Positions 39,607 through 49,297 of a stretch of 64,000 nt of DNA are shown here, piece by piece. The notes under the pieces were generated by a model that was not told where the DNA came from, did no database searches, and worked only from the letters and a program-made list of their open reading frames with translations. The position numbers and the translations under genes are program-made. The DNA comes from an uncultured Flavobacteriaceae bacterium (lineage in GTDB: Bacteria; Bacteroidota; Bacteroidia; Flavobacteriales; Flavobacteriaceae). Position 1 is the first letter of the stretch; every line of letters begins with the position of its first letter. The stretch covers positions 41,447 through 105,446 of the forward strand of contig CAJWLL010000004.1 of NCBI GenBank assembly GCA_913043275.1, written 5' to 3'.

Positions 39607-40422
39607 TTGAAAAGGCTTTTGTTAAATCTTACTATAAATTTTAAAGACATTATAAGTCCGTTATTCTATTTGATCACTATGGTTTTGTGTTTTAGTATTA
39701 AAGCCCAACCTAAATTTAAGCCTCCTGAGGAAATCATACTCTTAATTGGACAGTCCAATATGGCCGGTAGGGCAAACTTGATGGATAAAGATTATGAAAT
39801 CATTCGAGACGCTTTTCTGCTCGACAGCATGAATCAATGGGTTCCCTTAAAAAGTCGACTAAACATTCACTCTTCGATCAGAAAAAAGGCCAGTATGCAG
39901 CGATTCAATTTAGGATATTCCTTCGCCCAAGAAATACTTACTAATAATGACATCAAAACGGTTGGCATGATTGTAAATGCTAGAGGGGGAACCAAAATTG
40001 ATCAATGGGTTCCTGGAAGTCATTACTTTAAGGAAGCCATCAGGAGGTGTCAATTTGCAATTGAAGATCAGGGAAAAATCACTGCTACATTTTGGCTTCA
40101 GGGTTCAGGTAACTTGGGCGATAAAGATCCAGGCTTTAGCATCTACTTCGAAAAACTCAAATCAATCATCCTTAACTTGAGAAAAGAATTAAGTAATGAC
40201 CAAATGATTTTCATTGCCTCTGAACTAAATAAAAAACGGCCTGAAAATGAAGATTTTAAAAAAATGCTGGATAGACTCAATACTGAAATCCCCCATGGAG
40301 CATCGGTAAAATCTGCCGGAACCTCAACTTATGACGGTACCCATTACGATCGCAGGAGCCTTGAGGTTTTGGGGAAAAGATTTGCTTCTAAATTTAGGGA
40401 GTTATACAAAAATCAAAATTAA
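39607..40422 (+). CDS. SASA-family carbohydrate esterase (sialate O-acetylesterase-like, DUF303)
   Basis: Motif ILLIGQSNMAGRA. TTG start. The alternative ATG at 39679 would remove most of the signal peptide. Confidence 0.7.
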   Translation: MKRLLLNLTINFKDIISPLFYLITMVLCFSIKAQPKFKPPEEIILLIGQSNMAGRANLMDKDYEIIRDAFLLDSMNQWVPLKSRLNIHSSIRKKASMQRFNLGYSFAQEILTNNDIKTVGMIVNARGGTKIDQWVPGSHYFKEAIRRCQFAIEDQGKITATFWLQGSGNLGDKDPGFSIYFEKLKSIILNLRKELSNDQMIFIASELNKKRPENEDFKKMLDRLNTEIPHGASVKSAGTSTYDGTHYDRRSLEVLGKRFASKFRELYKNQN

Positions 40423-40427
40423 ATCCA

Positions 40428-42740
40428 ATGAGATTAAAAACCTATCACCATCTTTTAATAACACTCATCACTTTACTCTTTCAGGGCTGTGGAAAATTAG
40501 AAATTCAACCCAAAGGCTTAAGAACCGATTTGATGCGTAATCCTGATTATGTTGGACTTTATGGTAAAAAACAATTCATTTTACTTAACGATAATGTCTT
40601 GGCTGAAAGGAGATATGAAATAGCAAAAGTCCAATCTGAAAATCCACTCTTCAATTGGATTCTGGACAATCGATCTCAAAACACCATCGCCTATCAGATC
40701 TTATTAAGCAGCAATCGAGCAGTACTAAAACAAAACAAAGGCGATCACTGGGACAGTGGTAAGATATACAGCCACCAATCCTCAACCCTATACAAAGGTA
40801 ATCCTCTTCAAAAAAACAAGGTCTATTACTGGAAAGTCCGGTATTGGGAAAATGATGCTCAAAGTTCTCGCTATTCAGAACCTCAAGCATTTGTGATCGA
40901 CCCCAATGTATCGTCTGAAAAATTTTCACAAGAACCACTGGTAGCCTCAGATGAATTTCCCGAGCTCACCAAAAAAAAAGATGGAAGCTATTTTCTTGAT
41001 TTTAGAAAAGCTGCTTTTGCCAAGCTAAAAATCGAATTGAATTCATCAAAGGAAGATTCAATTCTGGTAAGTGTAGGTGAAATGAAACAAAAAAACGCTT
41101 TATCGATTGATGCTCAAGCAGGAAGGAACATCAGATACCATCAAACCCAATTAAAATTAAAACCGGGAACACACTGGTATGAAATCCCTTGGCCGGAAAA
41201 CAAAAAAAGGGCCAGTAACCATTTTATGATAAAAATGCCAGACTACATTGGAGAGGTTTACCCTTTCCGATTTGTCGAGGTAAAAGGTTATAGCGGCGAT
41301 TTAAAAGCCCCTCAAGCCGTCAGGAAAATGATCAATTATACTTTTGAGGAATCTGCCTCATCTTTTGTTTCAAGTGATGAAGTTTTAAACCAAGTTTGGG
41401 ATTTTTGTAAATATTCTATGAAAGCTACCAGTTTCTGTGGCTATTATATAGATGGAGACAGAGAGCGAATCCCTTATGAAGCCGATGCTTTTATTAATCA
41501 ACTTTCTCACTATGCTGTAGACGCTGAGTATGGCATTGCCAGAGGTAGTATGAAGCACTTGTTGTTCAATCCTACATGGCCCACCGAATGGACCCTTTAT
41601 AATATTCTGATGGCCTGGTATGATTATCTCTATACCGGAGACAATCGCTTCATTGTAAAATACTATGATGAGTTAAAAATAAAAACTCTGATGGACTTGT
41701 CGGACGAGACAGATCTCATAAGCACTTTGACCGGTAAACAAACGGATGCCTTTTTTGAAAAATTGCACAAAAATCATTGGGGAAAAAACAACAATCTAAG
41801 AGACATTGCCGACTGGCCTCAGGCCCAGCCTCCAGGTGGTTATGAGAACCTAAAGTATTTTACAGGAACAGAAAAAGAACATCCGGGAGAAAACGACGGT
41901 TATGTTTATCAAACCTATAATTCAGTGGTCAATGCCTTGTATTATGGGGCTTTGAAAATAATGGAAGGAATTGCCCTTGATCTGGATCAAAAGGAGGATC
42001 TAAGCTTATTTCAAACACGCAGTGAAAAAGTCAAAAAAGCATATCTGGAAACCTTTCAGGACAAAAATAATGGTTTGATAAATGATGGACAGGATACGAG
42101 TCATAAATCTCAACACGCCAATATGTTTGCGCTGACTTTTGGGCTGATCCCGGAAAAGGACATAGGAAATGTAGTGACTTATGTAGCGCAAAAAAACATG
42201 TCCTGTAGTGTCTATGGCTCACAAATTTTGCTGGAAGGGCTTTTTGATTATGGCGGTGCGGATCATGCCATAGGCCTTATGGCTGCAAAAACAGAAAGAA
42301 GCTGGTACAACATGATCCGATATGGATCAACCATCACAATGGAGGCATGGGACAAAAGGTATAAACCCAATTTGGATTTGAACCACGCCTGGGGCGGTGC
42401 ACCTGCCAATATTATTGTCAGAAAAATGATGGGAGTAACCCCCCTGACCTCTGGAGCGCAAAAAATTAAAATACACCCCAAAATAGGCACCCTTGAATTC
42501 GCAATCCTAAAAACTAGTTTTATCACAGGAACAGTGGAGCTTGAGTGTCGTCAAACCGACAACACTTTTGCGATGAGCGTTAACCTTCCGGGAGGGGTTA
42601 CAGGAGACCTGATGATTCCTGCTTTAAAGGGTGAGAAAAAGCTGTATATCAACGGTAAACTCACCCAAAAACAAGCTGAGAAAGGATATTTTCATCTAAA
42701 AGATTTTGCTTCCGGAAAAACATCTTTGGAGGTTAAATGA
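40428..42740 (+). CDS. GH78-family alpha-L-rhamnosidase
   Basis: Lipobox LFQGC. Motifs VYYWKVRYWENDAQSSRYSEP and YIDGDRERIPYEADAFI. Size and layout fit bacterial rhamnosidases. Confidence 0.75.
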   Translation: MRLKTYHHLLITLITLLFQGCGKLEIQPKGLRTDLMRNPDYVGLYGKKQFILLNDNVLAERRYEIAKVQSENPLFNWILDNRSQNTIAYQILLSSNRAVLKQNKGDHWDSGKIYSHQSSTLYKGNPLQKNKVYYWKVRYWENDAQSSRYSEPQAFVIDPNVSSEKFSQEPLVASDEFPELTKKKDGSYFLDFRKAAFAKLKIELNSSKEDSILVSVGEMKQKNALSIDAQAGRNIRYHQTQLKLKPGTHWYEIPWPENKKRASNHFMIKMPDYIGEVYPFRFVEVKGYSGDLKAPQAVRKMINYTFEESASSFVSSDEVLNQVWDFCKYSMKATSFCGYYIDGDRERIPYEADAFINQLSHYAVDAEYGIARGSMKHLLFNPTWPTEWTLYNILMAWYDYLYTGDNRFIVKYYDELKIKTLMDLSDETDLISTLTGKQTDAFFEKLHKNHWGKNNNLRDIADWPQAQPPGGYENLKYFTGTEKEHPGENDGYVYQTYNSVVNALYYGALKIMEGIALDLDQKEDLSLFQTRSEKVKKAYLETFQDKNNGLINDGQDTSHKSQHANMFALTFGLIPEKDIGNVVTYVAQKNMSCSVYGSQILLEGLFDYGGADHAIGLMAAKTERSWYNMIRYGSTITMEAWDKRYKPNLDLNHAWGGAPANIIVRKMMGVTPLTSGAQKIKIHPKIGTLEFAILKTSFITGTVELECRQTDNTFAMSVNLPGGVTGDLMIPALKGEKKLYINGKLTQKQAEKGYFHLKDFASGKTSLEVK

Positions 42741-42800
42741 TCAAAATAAATAATATCTCTTCAAAATTTCTAAAAACTTACTACCTTTAAAATAAAAAAC

Positions 42801-42992
42801 TTGTCAACATACGAATGCAAAAACTGTGGTATGGCGGTAAACGCAAGTTGCGCCAAATGTGACGTACCTTTGATCGATGATTTACTTAAACTCGACGATG
42901 GCTCGGATATTCAAATTTCCAGATGCCCTGAATGTGAAGGAAAAATAAAGTCACCCTCTTGTTGTGGTATTGAAATGACTTGTAATAATTAA
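42801..42992 (+). CDS. Cysteine-rich 63-aa protein (zinc-ribbon-like), TTG start
   Basis: 10 Cys, with CKNC...CAKC...CPEC...CC...C spacing. The frame opens after the stop at 42771. The only start that keeps the first CxxC is the TTG at 42801. Confidence 0.45.
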   Translation: MSTYECKNCGMAVNASCAKCDVPLIDDLLKLDDGSDIQISRCPECEGKIKSPSCCGIEMTCNN

Positions 42993-43017
42993 TCATTTAA
43001 TTTAACAAAATTACCCA

Positions 43018-43548
43018 ATGAAAAAACTACTAATTATCATTCTTGTAGCTTCAGCTAGTTTGACAAAAGCACAAGACTTTAAAGGTTTAGACAAAAGCCC
43101 TATGGATCGTGTATTTTATCCTGTTTCCAACAGGGTTACGGACAAGGCCATTGTTATCACTTACAGTCGTCCTCAATTGAGGGAGAGGAATCTAGAGGAT
43201 GTGGTTCCGACCTATAAAATTTGGAGAACTGGAGCTAATGAAGCCACAGAGTTCAGACTTTATAAGTCCGTCAAACTGGGAGGTAAAGTTATTAAAGCAG
43301 GGACTTACACCATGTATTCCTACCCAAAAGACAATTCCTCCGAGATCATCATTAATTCAGCCACTAATGTTTGGGGAGCCTACAATTATGACCAATCAAA
43401 AGACGTTGTAAGAATCGAAGTACCCGTGACAGAATCAACCGAATATCTCGAAGCTTTCTCATTCGCATTTAGCGGTGAAAGAAACAATGCAGTGCTCCAC
43501 GGTGGGTGGGGAAATGCAAGGGTAGTAATTCCCATTACAATTCTCTAA
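43018..43548 (+). CDS. DUF2911 domain protein, secreted
   Basis: Signal peptide present, plus the WRTGANEATEF motif. Confidence 0.75.
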   Translation: MKKLLIIILVASASLTKAQDFKGLDKSPMDRVFYPVSNRVTDKAIVITYSRPQLRERNLEDVVPTYKIWRTGANEATEFRLYKSVKLGGKVIKAGTYTMYSYPKDNSSEIIINSATNVWGAYNYDQSKDVVRIEVPVTESTEYLEAFSFAFSGERNNAVLHGGWGNARVVIPITIL

Positions 43549-43567
43549 GCCCAACAAAAGTTTTCTT

Positions 43568-43592
43568 AAAACCCCTTTTTAGGGGTTTTTTT
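43568..43592 (+). terminator. Rho-independent terminator
   Basis: Stem AAAACCCCT, loop tttt, stem AGGGGTTTT, then a T-run. Confidence 0.75.
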
Positions 43593-43660
43593 ATTCTATT
43601 AAACTTGTTATGGTCTAATAGTATTTTTTAAAGTAATTTAGTACGTTATTAACAAATCTT

Positions 43661-44905
43661 ATGAAACAACTGCTGCTGGATTTTTACCAACGTCTGGGGA
43701 TCAACCAAAGCATGGCAGAGGATTTAGATGCCATTACATTTGGACTGATCGTTATTTTGATGGCCTTTATTTTTTGGTTGGTCAGTAAACGTATTTTAAG
43801 GCTGATCTTTCTAAAAATCTCCAAAAGGACAAAATCGAAGTTTGACGATTTTTTAATCAAAAACAAAATCCCGGAAACCCTCTCCTTCTTCCCCCCGCTT
43901 TTTATTCTTATTGGATTTCTTCCCCAATCTTTGATCTCCTTTCCCCTACTTGAAGAGCCTGTAGCATCACTATTGGAAATATTGGGGGCAATTGTTACCA
44001 TCATTTTGCTAAGGCGATTATTAAACTCATTTAAAGATTTTTTCAAAACACTCAATAATTTCAAAAATAAACCCATTGACAGCTATATTCAGGTCATAAT
44101 GATTTTTGTATGGTTCATTGGAATCATGTTTGTTTTCTCCATTTTGTCGGGAAAAGACATAGGTACCTTTTTAGCCACACTGGGGGCTCTTTCAGCTCTT
44201 ATTTTATTGATTTTTAAGGACTCAATCCTCGGTTTTGTTGCCAGTATTCAAGTAACAATCAATGATACAGTAAGGATTGGTGATTGGATCACGATGAAGA
44301 GTTACAATGCTGATGGTGATGTAATTGAAATCAATCTTTCCACTGTCAAGGTCCAGAACTTTGACAACACCATTACCTCTATCCCCACTTATAAACTGGT
44401 TTCAGATTCATTTGTCAATTGGAGAGGCATGAGTGAATCGGGAGGAAGACGAATTAAAAGAGCTCTACTTATCCGTGTGTCAAGTATACATTTTGTAGAC
44501 GATGTGCAACTAGAGAAGCTATTAAAAATTCAGCGAATTTCTCCTTTCATTACAAAAAGAAAAAAAGAAATCGAAATAGAAAACAATGCCGAGGGCTCAG
44601 ATAAATCTCTCTTACTTAATGGGAGAAATATGACCAACATAGGACTTTTCCGAAAATATGCTTTAGCATATTTACATAAACATCCGAAAATCAACAGTAA
44701 TTTGACAGTAATGGTAAGACAATTAGCACCCACCTCTGAAGGAGTCCCTCTAGAAGTGTATGTGTTTGTAAAAGACAAAGTTTGGGTTAATTATGAAAGC
44801 ATCGTGTCAGATATATTTGATCATTTATTAGCCTCAATTTCATTCTTTGAATTGGAGTGTTTTGAGTATACTTCAAAGCCAAATTTATCTAAGAAAAAGC
44901 AATAA
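43661..44905 (+). CDS. Mechanosensitive ion channel (MscS family)
   Basis: N-terminal TM helices. MscS beta-domain block IQVTINDTVRIGDWITMKSYNADGDVIEINLSTVKVQNFDNTITSIPTYKL. Confidence 0.85.
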   Translation: MKQLLLDFYQRLGINQSMAEDLDAITFGLIVILMAFIFWLVSKRILRLIFLKISKRTKSKFDDFLIKNKIPETLSFFPPLFILIGFLPQSLISFPLLEEPVASLLEILGAIVTIILLRRLLNSFKDFFKTLNNFKNKPIDSYIQVIMIFVWFIGIMFVFSILSGKDIGTFLATLGALSALILLIFKDSILGFVASIQVTINDTVRIGDWITMKSYNADGDVIEINLSTVKVQNFDNTITSIPTYKLVSDSFVNWRGMSESGGRRIKRALLIRVSSIHFVDDVQLEKLLKIQRISPFITKRKKEIEIENNAEGSDKSLLLNGRNMTNIGLFRKYALAYLHKHPKINSNLTVMVRQLAPTSEGVPLEVYVFVKDKVWVNYESIVSDIFDHLLASISFFELECFEYTSKPNLSKKKQ

Positions 44906-44984
44906 AAATCAATTTTTATTCACTGTTTTCTTTCAGATTCTCATTACTTTAGATTTCTTAATTCTTCTAAACAGTTAACTATAT

Positions 44985-45407
44985 ATGGATTTTTCTCAAC
45001 ATTTTACCAAAGGGTTTAAAAATAGAAATAAGGCTCATTTTACAGCTATTGTGCATTTAGCCATGGCAGATGGTCATATATCTAAAGAGGAAAAAGCTTT
45101 TATTGATCGTCTTGCTATCTATCTTGAAATTGATCCTGAGATGGTCAATCAGGTAATGGAATCTCCTGATCAGTATAAAACTGACCCCCCTGCTGATAGA
45201 AATACTCGCCTAGAAAGACTTTACGACTTGAGTAAAATGATTTATGCAGATAATATTGCCGATGAAAATGAAAAACAATTATTGGAGAAAATGGTAATTG
45301 GTTTAGGTTTTGAAGCTGAAACAGCCAATCGGGTTGTCAATACTTCACTTGAAATGGTATCGAAAGGAATTGACCAAGATGATTTTATAGAAACCTTTAA
45401 GATTTAA
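44985..45407 (+). CDS. TerB-like (tellurite-resistance TerB fold) protein
   Basis: Repeated AMADGHISKEEKAFIDRL and YADNIADENEKQLLEKM segments. Confidence 0.6.
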   Translation: MDFSQHFTKGFKNRNKAHFTAIVHLAMADGHISKEEKAFIDRLAIYLEIDPEMVNQVMESPDQYKTDPPADRNTRLERLYDLSKMIYADNIADENEKQLLEKMVIGLGFEAETANRVVNTSLEMVSKGIDQDDFIETFKI

Positions 45408-45865
45408 TCTTTAAAATCACTAACATAGTAACCCATTTCTTCGTCAGCAATCATTTCCTCTTGGTCGATGTATAATGAAATAGGATAACCTTTATCACTA
45501 TCGTAAGTTACTTCCAGATGATGTACATTATGTTTTTCTGATTCCTCTATAAGATCAAAAAGTTGATCAATAGTTAACACGCTCCCATGTTTTTCATTAT
45601 CATAGGATAACCCATCTACATTTAATATTTGATTTTTGTAAACCACAACATTCTTTGGAAGAGTAGCCTCCATTAAACAAAAACAAGAAATTTGAAAGGT
45701 GTAGCTGTAAGAATCAACGGCCAAGGACTCCCATTTATTTTTGTAAAGTTCAAAATCACTTGGGGTTTCGGATTTTTCTTTACTGCATGAGAAGAACAAA
45801 AAAGCTAATAAAGAAAGAAAATAGGGTCTTATATAAAATATTAATATGGATTCGTTATTAATCAA
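45404..45865 (-). CDS. Hypothetical lipoprotein (DUF6174-like?)
   Basis: Lipobox LFFSC. SCFC motif. TTG start. Its stop overlaps the TerB-like stop convergently within TTAA. Confidence 0.4.
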   Translation of the reverse strand: MINNESILIFYIRPYFLSLLAFLFFSCSKEKSETPSDFELYKNKWESLAVDSYSYTFQISCFCLMEATLPKNVVVYKNQILNVDGLSYDNEKHGSVLTIDQLFDLIEESEKHNVHHLEVTYDSDKGYPISLYIDQEEMIADEEMGYYVSDFKD

Positions 45866-45892
45866 TACTAGATAAAATTTTTGCCAAGCAAC

Positions 45893-48800
45893 TTATTTAA
45901 AAACCGTTTGATAACGCCAGTAAGAAAAGGCTCCTAATAGTCCAACGCAGAGTATAGCGTAATAAACAAAACTGGGTGTGATAATTTTATCGCCACTGGC
46001 ATAAGAATGCAAACCAACCAAATAGAAATTCACTCCAAAATAGGTCATCATTATACTGGAAAAAGACACTATACTCATAAAGTTAAAAGTCCAATTTCCC
46101 CTTAACCCAGGAACAAAACGCATATGAATTACAAAAGCATAAATCAAAATACTTATCAAGGCCCAAGTCTCTTTAGGATCCCAACCCCAATAGCGACCCC
46201 AGCTTTCGTTAGCCCACATACCCCCTAAAAAATTTCCAATAGCGAGCATAATCAAGCCAACAGTGAGGGAGAGTTCATTGATAATGGTCAATTCCTTAAT
46301 GTTTAAACCTATTTTTTCTTTATTCTTTTTCCCTGCAATGGAAATAAGTAGCAATGCAACCACACCAATAATCATACTTAATGAAAAAGGACCATAGCTC
46401 CCCACAATTACAGCTACATGAATCATTAACCAATAACTGTCCAAAACAGGCTGTAAATTGGCAATTGCAGGATCCATCCAATTCCAATGAGCTATCATCA
46501 GAAGCATAGAAGATATAAAAGCTGTGGCAGCAATTGTCAACTCTGATTTTCTTCCAAAAATCAATCCGAAAAACATGGTGGCCCAAGCCACATATATCAT
46601 CGATTCATAAGCATCACTCCAAGGGGCATGACCAGAAATAAACCATCGGGCAACAAGCCCAGCCGTATGAAGCAGGAAAAGAAACAAGACACACCCCTTC
46701 AAAACATTGATGCTTAAATTCAAAACTTTGCCTTCTCTAAAGATTTTAACGATCAATAACACAAAAAGTATCAATCCCGCAAAGAGGTACCAACTGAAAA
46801 GTTTTTTAAAAATATCATATTGATTGTAAAGAATTTCCGCTTCAATTTTATCATCTGAGGGAATCACGGCGCCACCAAATTTCTTCTGAAAACCTTCTAA
46901 ACTCTGCATGAGATTTTCAGCTTGACTGTAATCACCATCTTTTCTGGCCAGCCTCAAAGCATTAAAGTAGAGGGGTAAAATATTTTGGACATATAGAGAA
47001 TCCTTACCTGTAAAAGAAACCTCATTAAGCTCTGGATAAGACACCCACTTATTAGAAGGGTCACCTGGAATAGGAAAAATTCTTAAGATTTTACCTTCAA
47101 GAGCAGCGTACAAAAGGTTAACCCTCTTATCCACTTCTATAAAATCTTTTTGAAACTGATTTGGAAGAGCAGCCCGATAGGCACCCTCCAATTGTGAAGA
47201 AATTTTATAATTACCTTGGTTATCAAAAAAAGACACTAAAGAGGTGTATTTTTGATTGGAATCTACACCTACAATTTTACGAAGACTATCGTTGCCTCTC
47301 TTGAGATAAATGATTGGAGCATTGTACCACAAAGCAGGACTTTCAACAATCGACATCATAACCTGATCAGCATTGAGCTCACAATAGTGGTCCTTTTTAC
47401 TTACCTTACGAAGCATTTCAGAAGAAAAGGTGTTTGCAGGCTTCATTCTTCCTCCCAAATCTTGTATGACCAAACTACCAAAATTTTGCGCATGATCTTT
47501 GGAAATGGAATTAGCTCTGATAACAGAGTCAAAATCAAAGTTGTTCAGTGGGGCATGATCATGTTCTTGAGCAAATAAACCCAAAGAACCCAACAAAAAT
47601 AGAATAGAAACGAAGGCTTTCTTTTTTTGTTTAATTTTTTCCAAGGCATTTGACAAATACTTAAACCTAGTTTTTCCTATAAAGAAAATACCCATCATAC
47701 TAAAGTATAGAAGAATATAACCTGTATAGGTTACCCAAGTACCCCAGAAATCATGATTAACGGAAAGTACAGTCCCTTTTTCGTCAGGATCAAATGAAGC
47801 TTGAAAAAAACGGTAACCTTTATAATCCAAGACATGATTCATGTAAATATCATAATCGAAAGCAGTCTGTTCTTCAACTTTTATTTTACTCATGAAGGAA
47901 GAATAACTTTTTTCTGTACCAGGATATTTTTCTGCAATAAAATCATTTAGACGAATAGCAAAAGGTAAGTCTAACCGTTTAGAACCGAATTTGAAATAAA
48001 AATCCAGTCCTCCACTACTTATTTTTTTCATATTGTTGGCAATTCCCTTGCCACCCAAAACAGTTATAGATTGACTATTTCCATTAATAGCTAATTTTAG
48101 ATGCAATGCATCCTGAACACCTGGTGCTCCCTCTACCGCCTTTACCCAGTCAAACTTTCCTCGCAATGGGGGTTCAGGAATGACAAATTGAAACCCCTTA
48201 AGGTTGTATAGTGATCTTAACTTCAATTCTTCCTCAATATTCTTTTGAACCGAGCCCGATTGTTGATCGGCCATCCTGAGATAGGTGCCGCCAAAAGGGG
48301 TAGTGATGAAATGCAGTCCCTCTTCAGAACGAATGTTTACAGCGCCGGAAATTGGGTTGTTTAGAGTAAAAAGGATATTGTGGATATTGACCACTTCACC
48401 CTCCTTAAGGGAATGGTCGTGACGCCTTCCATCAGTGGATTCAACGATTGTAAGATAACGATCACCGGAATCATCTAACACCAATTGTTCACTGACATCC
48501 TCTACATAATTTTCAAATCCGATCGAAAAAGGCTGACCATTGAACTCATTTTCCCATTTAAAGTAATTATTAACATGCTCAGAAAAAAGAAAGTCTTTCT
48601 CCAGTGTTTTACGCTGAGGAACACCCTTGATCTCTCCCTCTACAAATACTGTCAAGTAAGTTTTATCAGACAAAAAGGTGTTTTCAGTGGCCCCTTCACG
48701 AATGGGCATAACACCCTCATAGCCAAAATAGCGAGTGATAAAAGCACCAAAAATGATCAAAATAAAAGACAAATGGATCATAAGAATGGCCCATTTCTCC

Positions 48801-49033
48801 TTTCTTAATAATCTGTATTTGAAAATATTCCCAAAGAAGTTAACCATAAAAAGAGCTAAAATAAATTCAAACCACCACGCATTGTATACCAATATTTTGG
48901 CAGTATCAGTACTATACCAGCTTTCTATAAAAGTTCCAAATGCCATTGCTGTGGCAAAAGCGATGAACAGCATGGCCATTAACTGGTTCGAAAATAAATA
49001 TTTAAGGATTCTTTCTTTCATCCCAATCTTCAC
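45893..49033 (-). CDS. ccsBA: Fused cytochrome c biogenesis protein CcsBA (ResB-like + CcsA heme-handling domain)
   Basis: 1046 aa and many TM segments. C-terminal W-rich motif WGRYWGWDPKETWALISILIYA. Confidence 0.85.
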   Translation of the reverse strand: MKIGMKERILKYLFSNQLMAMLFIAFATAMAFGTFIESWYSTDTAKILVYNAWWFEFILALFMVNFFGNIFKYRLLRKEKWAILMIHLSFILIIFGAFITRYFGYEGVMPIREGATENTFLSDKTYLTVFVEGEIKGVPQRKTLEKDFLFSEHVNNYFKWENEFNGQPFSIGFENYVEDVSEQLVLDDSGDRYLTIVESTDGRRHDHSLKEGEVVNIHNILFTLNNPISGAVNIRSEEGLHFITTPFGGTYLRMADQQSGSVQKNIEEELKLRSLYNLKGFQFVIPEPPLRGKFDWVKAVEGAPGVQDALHLKLAINGNSQSITVLGGKGIANNMKKISSGGLDFYFKFGSKRLDLPFAIRLNDFIAEKYPGTEKSYSSFMSKIKVEEQTAFDYDIYMNHVLDYKGYRFFQASFDPDEKGTVLSVNHDFWGTWVTYTGYILLYFSMMGIFFIGKTRFKYLSNALEKIKQKKKAFVSILFLLGSLGLFAQEHDHAPLNNFDFDSVIRANSISKDHAQNFGSLVIQDLGGRMKPANTFSSEMLRKVSKKDHYCELNADQVMMSIVESPALWYNAPIIYLKRGNDSLRKIVGVDSNQKYTSLVSFFDNQGNYKISSQLEGAYRAALPNQFQKDFIEVDKRVNLLYAALEGKILRIFPIPGDPSNKWVSYPELNEVSFTGKDSLYVQNILPLYFNALRLARKDGDYSQAENLMQSLEGFQKKFGGAVIPSDDKIEAEILYNQYDIFKKLFSWYLFAGLILFVLLIVKIFREGKVLNLSINVLKGCVLFLFLLHTAGLVARWFISGHAPWSDAYESMIYVAWATMFFGLIFGRKSELTIAATAFISSMLLMIAHWNWMDPAIANLQPVLDSYWLMIHVAVIVGSYGPFSLSMIIGVVALLLISIAGKKNKEKIGLNIKELTIINELSLTVGLIMLAIGNFLGGMWANESWGRYWGWDPKETWALISILIYAFVIHMRFVPGLRGNWTFNFMSIVSFSSIMMTYFGVNFYLVGLHSYASGDKIITPSFVYYAILCVGLLGAFSYWRYQTVFK

Positions 49034-49285
49034 CTCATCATTTACAGTGCAAAGATATCTGTTGGGATTGAATTATTATAACTTCAAATGACTAAATTGA
49101 AGATAAAAGTATTATTGATTTCATATTAAAATCATTAACCATTTAAACATAATTTCCATTTAAATTGGACACATAACCCAGTATAAAATTAATGTTAATG
49201 GTGAAAAAAAAGTGATTGAAAAAAAATGAAGAAGCTCATAACAGGATGATTTGAGTTTTATGAACTTAAGGAAAATATCTTTACG

Positions 49286-49293
49286 TATTTTTG
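49286..49293 (+). promoter_or_regulatory. Candidate -7 box TATTTTTG
   Basis: Matches TAnnTTTG only 4 nt before the ATG at 49298, which implies a very short leader. Confidence 0.2.
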
Positions 49294-49297
49294 AAAA

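Noticed and set aside
43684-44076. 130-aa antisense ORF inside the MscS gene
   Set aside because: The sense strand encodes recognisable TM helices and the MscS beta domain. The antisense product has no features.
44985-45407. TerB-like protein as a tellurite-resistance or defence locus
   Set aside because: It is a lone TerB-fold gene with no terA/C/D/E/Z or other partners nearby.
48735-49091. 118-aa plus-strand ORF across the ccsBA start, and the 64-aa ORF at 49160-49354
   Set aside because: One is antisense to ccsBA and the other spans the intergenic region into the DUF2520 start. There is no supporting motif or coupling.
49139-49164. Direct repeat CCATTTAAA occurring twice, 17 nt apart, in the ccsBA/DUF2520 divergent spacer
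   Set aside because: A short AT-rich 9-mer in an AT-rich spacer is plausibly a chance occurrence, with no further copies or symmetry.
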